Both the position numbers and the translations under genes were made by a program. A stretch of 64,000 nt of DNA, from NCBI GenBank assembly GCA_965199855.1, contig OZ241326.1, forward strand, positions 1,824,001 through 1,888,000, in the 5' to 3' direction. Shown here piece after piece: positions 58,066 to 64,000 of the stretch (its first letter is position 1; the number at the start of each line of letters is the position of its first letter). The notes below the pieces were generated by a model. It did no database searches and had not been told where the DNA came from. It saw nothing but the letters and a program-made list of their open reading frames with translations. Source of the stretch: a bacterium. Its GTDB lineage: Bacteria > UBA8248.

Positions 58066-58659
58066 ATGGCTTTCCGCAAGGCGCTGAGAATAACGCTGCT
58101 CGGCGCTCTGCTCGCCACCTGCGGCGTCGTCGCCTATTTTCTCACGCAGTCTTCGGGCTACCGGTTCAGCGCGGGAGACGTTTCGTTCAGGGGTTCGGAC
58201 GCGGATCTGGATATAGACGGAATGCACGTCGTTCAGAACGCGGAGGGCGTGAAGCAGTGGGAGCTGTGGGCGGACTCCGCCCGGGTGTATCGCGGGAAGG
58301 ACGTAACCGTTCTGAAGAATCTTCGCCTTCGCTTCTACCCGAACGACGGCGAGGCGGCGGACGTAAGCGCCCGGCAGGGGACGATGGAGAACAAGAGCCG
58401 GAACATGAGAATCAGCGGCGACGTCGTCATTCTCGCCTCCGACGGCGTTTCCCTGAAGACGGACGCCCTGCGCTTCCGCCCCGGGGAGAAGCGCATCGCC
58501 TCGGATTCGCGGGTGCTGATAGAGGGCGCCCGCTTTCGTCTGAGCGGCACGGGCCTGCGGGGCCGAACGGATCTCGGGCGCTACGAACTGCGGGAGAAGG
58601 TGAGCGCGACGATCTACGGCGCCGGCGAGGCGGCATCCCCGTCGGCGGAGAGAAACTGA
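58066..58659 (+). CDS. lptC: LPS export protein LptC
   Basis: N-terminal TM, G.KQWELWADSA, beta-rich repeats, L.T..L, G.GL; first gene of lptCAB-rpoN; start ATG 58066. Confidence 0.85.
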   Translation: MAFRKALRITLLGALLATCGVVAYFLTQSSGYRFSAGDVSFRGSDADLDIDGMHVVQNAEGVKQWELWADSARVYRGKDVTVLKNLRLRFYPNDGEAADVSARQGTMENKSRNMRISGDVVILASDGVSLKTDALRFRPGEKRIASDSRVLIEGARFRLSGTGLRGRTDLGRYELREKVSATIYGAGEAASPSAERN

Positions 58660-58718
58660 ACCTCCCGGCGCGCGGGGCGCCGCGCGGCCGGGCCGAGGGG
58701 AGCGGCCTGACCTTGAGA

Positions 58719-59306
58719 ATGAGAAGCCGCCGCCTGAAGCGCTTTGGCGGCCTCATCCGCGCGGGGCTGTGCGCGTGCCTTCTGCTGTGGGGCGCAGCCG
58801 CCGCGGACGGGCAGGAGCGCGGCGGGAAGCGCCGGGCGAACGACGGGAAGCCGCTCCGCGTCACCTCCGACAAAATGGAGGTGATGAGCAGGGAGAATCT
58901 CATCGTGTTTCTGGGAGACGTGAAGGCGAACCGGGGGGATTTGCGCATCCAGGCGAATCGCCTCGAGGTCTATACGCGGGAAGGGAAGCGGACGGGAGCG
59001 AAGCCCGAGGCCGCCGCCGGGGGCGCGGGCGAGATCGACAGAATCGTGGCCATCGGAAACGTGCTGATGGATCAGGGCAGGAGAAGGTTCGCCGCGGCCG
59101 AGAGGCTCGAATACAGGGAATCCACAGGCGTCGCCGTCCTGACGGGCAGCCCCCGCGCGTGGGAGGGGAAGAGCCAGGTGACGGGCGCCAGAATCGAGAT
59201 GAACCTGAGAGAAGAGAAAACGATCGTGCGCGGCTCGCCCCGCCAGAGAGTCGATGTTACCCTTTTTCCCTCCGGCGAGACGCCCCCTCGCAAAAAATCC
59301 AACTAG
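58719..59306 (+). CDS. lptA: LPS transport periplasmic protein LptA
   Basis: Signal peptide, PLRVTSD.M, F.GDV...GDL.I.A, A.GNV, LTG.P, V.G..I; start ATG 58719. Confidence 0.88.
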   Translation: MRSRRLKRFGGLIRAGLCACLLLWGAAAADGQERGGKRRANDGKPLRVTSDKMEVMSRENLIVFLGDVKANRGDLRIQANRLEVYTREGKRTGAKPEAAAGGAGEIDRIVAIGNVLMDQGRRRFAAAERLEYRESTGVAVLTGSPRAWEGKSQVTGARIEMNLREEKTIVRGSPRQRVDVTLFPSGETPPRKKSN

Positions 59307-59310
59307 AGCC

Positions 59311-60075
59311 ATGGCCGCGCCGACGAACGGCGGACTCGCGGAGCGGACGGGGGCCGCTTCCGTCCTCGCCACGGGCCTGACGAAAAGCTACGCGGGCCGG
59401 GAGGTCGTCTCCGGCGTGGAGATCGAGGCGCGCCCGGGTGAAATCGTGGGACTGCTCGGGCCGAACGGGGCGGGCAAGACGACGATATTCTACATGATCG
59501 TCGGCCTGGTCGCCCCGGACGCGGGCCGGATTTTCCTGAACGGCGAAGAAATCACCGACCAGCCTATGTATGCGCGCGCCAGGCGGGGAATCAGCTATCT
59601 GCCGCAGGAGGCGTCCGTGTTCCGCAGGCTTTCCGTGAGGGACAACGTCATGGCGGCGCTCGAGCTGGCCGGCGGCGGCGCGGACCGCCGAAAGGAGCGG
59701 CTGGAGGAGATTCTGGAGGATCTGGACATCGGGCGCATCCGGTCCCTGAAGGGATACGCCCTCTCCGGCGGCGAGCGCAGGCGCGTGGAGATCGCCCGCG
59801 CGCTCGCCGCGCGCCCCGCCTTCATGCTCCTCGACGAGCCCTTCGCCGGCATCGACCCCATCGTGATGCACGACATACAGAACATCGTCGTGGGGCTGAA
59901 GGAGCGGGGCATCGGCATCATCCTCACGGATCACAACGTGCGCGAGACGCTCCGGATATCCGACCGCGCCTACGTCATCAGCGAGGGCGAGATACTGGAG
60001 TCCGGCGCGCCGGAGAAGATCGCCGTGAGCGAGAAGGCCCGAAGCGTCTATCTGGGCGAAAAATTCAGGCTCTGA
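59311..60075 (+). CDS. lptB: LPS export ABC ATPase LptB
   Basis: [59 protein letters not shown]. Confidence 0.97.
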   Translation: MAAPTNGGLAERTGAASVLATGLTKSYAGREVVSGVEIEARPGEIVGLLGPNGAGKTTIFYMIVGLVAPDAGRIFLNGEEITDQPMYARARRGISYLPQEASVFRRLSVRDNVMAALELAGGGADRRKERLEEILEDLDIGRIRSLKGYALSGGERRRVEIARALAARPAFMLLDEPFAGIDPIVMHDIQNIVVGLKERGIGIILTDHNVRETLRISDRAYVISEGEILESGAPEKIAVSEKARSVYLGEKFRL

Positions 60076-60097
60076 GCGGAAGACGGGGGAAGCGGGC

Positions 60098-61540
60098 ATG
60101 GCTTTGGGGCACAATCTGGAGGCGAGGGCGGAGCAGCGCCCGGTCATGACGGCCGCGCTCCAGCAGGCGATCGCCCTTCTGCCCCTGAGCCGCGCGGAAA
60201 TGCAGCAGGCGGTTCAGCGGGAGATGCTGGAGAATCCCCTGCTGGAGGAAATCCAGGACGAGGCGAGAGAAGCGGCCGACGGCGAGACGCCGCCGGAGCT
60301 GCGGGAGGACGCGCCCGAAGGCGGGAGCGATGAAAGGGACGAGATGGAAATCGCCTGGGAGAGCGTCGCGCAGGACGCCTGGGAGGATTTCCCGCCCCCT
60401 GCCTCCGATGACGATTTTCCCTCTCCCGAGCAGACGCTGGCGCGGCGCGACACCCTGCACGAGCATCTCTCGCGGCAGCTGAGCCTCTCGCGGGCGCCCG
60501 GGCCGATAGCGCGGGTCGCCGGACAGATTATCTGGAACCTGAACGATCGGGGCTATCTCGAGGCCGACCCGGAGGAGCTGGCGGCAGGCGTCGGGCTCGG
60601 GCGCGCCGAAGCGGAGAGGGCGCTGAGGCTGGTGCAGGGCTTCGACCCGCCCGGCATTGGCGCGAAAACACTTCAGGAATGCCTACTTATCCAGTTGAAT
60701 AATTTGATGTTGTATATGGATGAAAACGACGGGATCGTGGAGCTGGCGCGAAGCCTGGCGCTTCACGACATCGAGAAGCTGGATGAGCGTCAGTATGCGA
60801 GGCTCGCCCGGGCGAACGGCGTCGGGGTGGAGGACGTCGTCGAGGCCATGCGCGTCATCCGCAGTCTCGATCCCCATCCCGGGCTGCGCTTTTCCGACCA
60901 GAGGACGGAGGTCGTGACCCCGGACGTGAGCGTCGAGAAGCGGGGGGGCGACTACGAGGTGACGCTCAACGACGACGGCCTGCCCCCCCTGCGCGTCAGT
61001 TCCCGCTACGCGCTCATGGCCGCCGACAAGACAGGCACGCCCCCCGAGACGCGGAAGTATCTGGATGAGAGGCTTCGGGCCGCCGCCTGGTTCGTCAAAA
61101 GCGTAGAGCAGAGGAGGCAGACGATTCTCAAGGTTTCCCGGAGCATCGTCCGCTTCCAGAAGGATTTTCTCGATCACGGCGTGAGCCGCCTGAAGCCCCT
61201 CGTCCTGCGGGACGTGGCGCGGGACATCGGGATGCACGAATCGACCGTGAGCCGCGTGACGACGGACAAGTATATGGATACGCCGCAGGGCGTCCTGGGC
61301 TTCAAGTATTTCTTCCACAGCGGCCTGGACACGGGGGCGGGGGAGAGCGCCTCCTCGATGGCGGTCAAGCAGCTCATCCGGAAGGCGGTGGAGCGGGAAA
61401 ATCCCCGAAAGCCGCTCACCGACGAGCGGATCGCGGAGAGTCTTCGGGAAGAGGACATAGTGATAGCGAGGCGCACGGTGGCGAAGTATCGCAAGGAGCT
61501 GCGCATCCTCCCTGCGAGCGGAAGACGCGCGAGACGCTAA
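60098..61540 (+). CDS. rpoN: RNA polymerase sigma-54 factor
   Basis: LQQAI.LL, NPLLE, FDPPG.GA..L.ECL, HESTVSR, RpoN box ARRTVAKYR. Confidence 0.97.
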   Translation: MALGHNLEARAEQRPVMTAALQQAIALLPLSRAEMQQAVQREMLENPLLEEIQDEAREAADGETPPELREDAPEGGSDERDEMEIAWESVAQDAWEDFPPPASDDDFPSPEQTLARRDTLHEHLSRQLSLSRAPGPIARVAGQIIWNLNDRGYLEADPEELAAGVGLGRAEAERALRLVQGFDPPGIGAKTLQECLLIQLNNLMLYMDENDGIVELARSLALHDIEKLDERQYARLARANGVGVEDVVEAMRVIRSLDPHPGLRFSDQRTEVVTPDVSVEKRGGDYEVTLNDDGLPPLRVSSRYALMAADKTGTPPETRKYLDERLRAAAWFVKSVEQRRQTILKVSRSIVRFQKDFLDHGVSRLKPLVLRDVARDIGMHESTVSRVTTDKYMDTPQGVLGFKYFFHSGLDTGAGESASSMAVKQLIRKAVERENPRKPLTDERIAESLREEDIVIARRTVAKYRKELRILPASGRRARR

Positions 61541-61644
61541 GCGGCGAAGGCGCGGGCCGCGCGCGATTCGCGCTCGCGCCGCCGTGGCTCCCTGCGGCGA
61601 ATCGAGAGATTCCGCGGATCCGCCTGAAAAACAAGGGAAATGTC

Positions 61645-61653
61645 TGGTATCAT
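61645..61653 (+). promoter_or_regulatory. Extended -10 element upstream of hprK
   Basis: TGgTATCAT preceded by an A-rich stretch in the rpoN-hprK gap; -35 weak. Confidence 0.4.
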
Positions 61654-61779
61654 CCCCCCATGCCGGCCATTCCGCCTCCGGGGAGGGCGGCTTCGGGGCT
61701 TTCCGCGGGGCTTCGTATCGCGCCGGCGGGAGACGCTCCATCTTCCGGAGCGTTCCGGCCTTGATTGTCGAGGAGCGAG

Positions 61780-62742
61780 ATGAGCCGGCTCTCGGTGTCC
61801 CAGCTATACGAAGACCTGCGCGAGGAGCTGGCGCTGTCCGTCCTCTCGGGCGAGTCCGGCATGGAGCGCCGGATCGGGCATACGCGCTTTCAAAAAAACG
61901 GGCTGCCGCTCGCCGGGTTCCTGAAGGCCGTGCATCCGGACAGGGTTCAGGTGTGGGGAAGCACCGAGATCGGCTTTCTGGAGCACCTGGAGGAGGGGGA
62001 GCGCGTCGAGGCGGCGCGCCGCTATTTCCGCCTGCCCCTGTGCGCCGTTCTGGTCACGGGAGGGAGGCGCGTTTTCCCGGACATCGCGGAGGCGTCCGCC
62101 GCCTCCGGCGTCCCGATTCTCGTCTCGGGGCTGCCGGGCGAGGACCTGCTGCCCAAATTGTCCGAATATCTCCAGGAGCATCTCTCCCTCCACGCGCGGC
62201 TGCACGGCGTTCTGGTTGACCTGTACGGCGTCGGCGTCCTCATCCAGGGGAAAAGCGGCATCGGGAAGAGCGAGTGCGCCCTCCATCTCGTCACCCGGGG
62301 GCACCGGCTCGTCGCCGACGACGTGGTGGACATCCAGCTGCGCGGGCATGAACTGGTCGGGAAGAGCACGGATTTGCTCAAGCACCACATCGAGGTGCGG
62401 GGGCTCGGCGTCCTGAACCTGAAAGACCTTTTCGGGGTCGTGGCGATTCGCTACGAGAAGAACGTGGACATCGTCGTGGAGCTGGTCCCCTGGACGCCGG
62501 ATTCGCCCTTCGAGCGCCTCGGAATCGACATCGAGACGCAGACGATCCTCGACAAGCCTCTGCCGCGCGTGCGGATTCCCGTCGCCCCGGGGCGGAACAT
62601 CCCCACGCTCATCGAGGTGGCGGCGAGGAACCTCCTGCTGCAGCGGATGGGCTACTTCTCCGCGCAGGAGTTCAGCCGCGCGCTCTCGGCGCGAATCGCG
62701 CTCGAATCGACGGGCGCGGGAAGCGAGAAGGGCTGGACGTGA
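61780..62742 (+). CDS. hprK: HPr kinase/phosphorylase
   Basis: LAGF, HGVLVD.YGVG, GKSGIGKSE, LVADD, EVRGLG, PV.PGRN, EVAA.N; start ATG 61780. Confidence 0.96.
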   Translation: MSRLSVSQLYEDLREELALSVLSGESGMERRIGHTRFQKNGLPLAGFLKAVHPDRVQVWGSTEIGFLEHLEEGERVEAARRYFRLPLCAVLVTGGRRVFPDIAEASAASGVPILVSGLPGEDLLPKLSEYLQEHLSLHARLHGVLVDLYGVGVLIQGKSGIGKSECALHLVTRGHRLVADDVVDIQLRGHELVGKSTDLLKHHIEVRGLGVLNLKDLFGVVAIRYEKNVDIVVELVPWTPDSPFERLGIDIETQTILDKPLPRVRIPVAPGRNIPTLIEVAARNLLLQRMGYFSAQEFSRALSARIALESTGAGSEKGWT

Positions 62743-63161
62743 TCGGTCTGGTGATCGTCGGACACGGGGACTACCCGGACGCCCTGCTTCACGCGGCGGC
62801 GTCCGTCCTCTCGGGCGCGGCGCAGATGAAGGCGCTCTCCCTGCGGCCCGACGCCGACCCCGCCGGATTCACGGAAAAAATAGAAAAAGCCGCCGCGGAG
62901 GTGGAGGCGGGCGAGGGGGTGATCATCATGACGGACATGATGGGCGGCGCGCCGACGAACGCGGCTCTTGCCATGCTGAATCATCCCGGTGTAGAGGTGG
63001 TAACGGGGGTGAACCTGCCGATGCTGCTGAAACTGCCGTTCATCAAGGGAAAAACAGTATCCGAAGCGGCGCGCTTCCTGGTGGAATACGGAAGGCGGAA
63101 TCTGGCCCAGCCGAGCGAGATGCTCAACTCCGCAAGACACCGCCCGACCGGGGAGGCGTAG
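62739..63161 (+). CDS. PTS EIIA component, mannose family
   Basis: IGLVIVGHG (phospho-His), TDMMGGAP.N, VVTGVNLPMLL. Confidence 0.92.
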   Translation: MIGLVIVGHGDYPDALLHAAASVLSGAAQMKALSLRPDADPAGFTEKIEKAAAEVEAGEGVIIMTDMMGGAPTNAALAMLNHPGVEVVTGVNLPMLLKLPFIKGKTVSEAARFLVEYGRRNLAQPSEMLNSARHRPTGEA

Positions 63162-63169
63162 GCGCCGTC

Positions 63170-63439
63170 ATGGCGGAGCGGACGGTCGTCATCGCCAGCC
63201 CGATGGGGCTTCACGCCCGCGCGGCGGCCGCGTTCGTGCGGCTCGCCAGCAGGTTCGAGAGCGAGATTCTCGTTCGCTTCCGCGACATGGAGGTGGACGG
63301 CAAAAGCATCATGGGCGTCATGATGCTCGCGGCGACTCCCGGCTCGGAGCTTCTGATCGCCGCGAGCGGCGCGGATGAGGAGGCCGCGGTCGCCGAACTG
63401 GAGGCGCTCGTTCAGTCCGATTTCGGAGAGCGGAAATAG
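63170..63439 (+). CDS. ptsH: Phosphocarrier protein HPr
   Basis: GLHARAAA (His15 equivalent), GKSIMG (Ser46 equivalent), GADE, C-terminal FGE. Confidence 0.95.
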   Translation: MAERTVVIASPMGLHARAAAAFVRLASRFESEILVRFRDMEVDGKSIMGVMMLAATPGSELLIAASGADEEAAVAELEALVQSDFGERK

Positions 63440-63519
63440 CGCCCGGTCGAAAGCGCGCGGGGGGCGCGTTCCGACCGCTTCGCCGACGCGGCCGGGAGTT
63501 TTGCGAATTTCGACAAAAA

Positions 63520-63561
63520 CAGACAAATTGACGGCCTTTTCAGACAAATTGACGGCCTTTT
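63520..63561. repeat. Perfect tandem repeat, 21 bp x2
   Basis: CAGACAAATTGACGGCCTTTT at 63520-63540 and 63541-63561. Confidence 0.9.
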
Positions 63562-63684
63562 CCCGTCCTTTTGCGACCTCTTTGACGCCCCTTTTCCTTC
63601 CCCGATTCGCCCGCCTTCTCTCCCCTCGCGGGCGCACCCCTCCCGCATCAGGAATATATCCCGACGGACGCCCGCCTGCGCGCC

Positions 63685-63714
63685 GCAAATGCGGGCAGAT
63701 GCGGGCAAATGCGC
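63685..63714. repeat. Tandem repeat, 10 bp x3 (imperfect)
   Basis: GCAAATGCGG / GCAGATGCGG / GCAAATGCGC. Confidence 0.8.
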
Positions 63715-64000
63715 GAGAGACTCATTTTGGCGGAGCGATTTTCAGGGGAAAATGACGCGATCCGCCCGCCCCGCGCGCCTCCCGGGGGCGCATCCATGTG
63801 TCCCGCCGGCCCCTCATCGCCTCTTTCGCCCGATGGATTCCTCACATCCGCCCGATTCGCAATCCCCTCCGCGTCATGGCCGACGCCGCAACGAAGGGGA
63901 GAGGCGAAAAGGGGCGCGCGTGAGCGGGATATGTCATTGCCATTGAAAACGCCATCGAATATATTGCCGGGCGCGCCCGCCTGATAATCCAGCAATGGCT

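Noticed and set aside
63520-63714. CRISPR array
   Set aside because: Repeats are directly tandem with no spacers and no cas genes
63648-64000. Short ORFs at the right edge
   Set aside because: No recognisable motifs or typical codon bias; cannot be judged without downstream sequence

Overview
High-GC, gene-dense core-chromosome segment of a diderm (LPS-making) bacterium. Gene order resembles deltaproteobacterial/Nitrospinota-type genomes (inference from synteny only). About 59 CDS, almost all on the + strand (exceptions: comEC, rpsU, rpsT), one elongator tRNA-Met, no mobile element or CRISPR array seen. Content: tRNA synthetases (aspS, argS, glyQS, proS), aspartate-family, riboflavin, purine, B6, lipoate and MEP genes, DNA repair/replication (recO, mutS, holA, xerD), many envelope genes (lptE, murJ, lapA-like, lolA, rseP, ftsH, lptCAB) and rpoN with a regulatory PTS (hprK, EIIA, HPr). 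The standout is a coupled three-gene operon (DUF4390-like protein, NtrY-type kinase, 711-aa protein) whose last gene fuses an NtrX-like receiver, a degenerate sigma54-type AAA+ domain and a Fis-type HTH to an apparently intact LpxC. This could put the committed step of lipid A synthesis under direct two-component control. Secondary signals: a full-length but catalytically eroded ApgM/homoserine-kinase-like protein, a RibBX-type protein, two microproteins upstream of tRNA-Met/tilS, a likely internal aspartokinase beta-subunit start, a -24/-12-like site before lptCAB-rpoN, and phased tandem repeats at the right end. All calls rest on motif recognition by eye; no searches were run and many start codons are best estimates.
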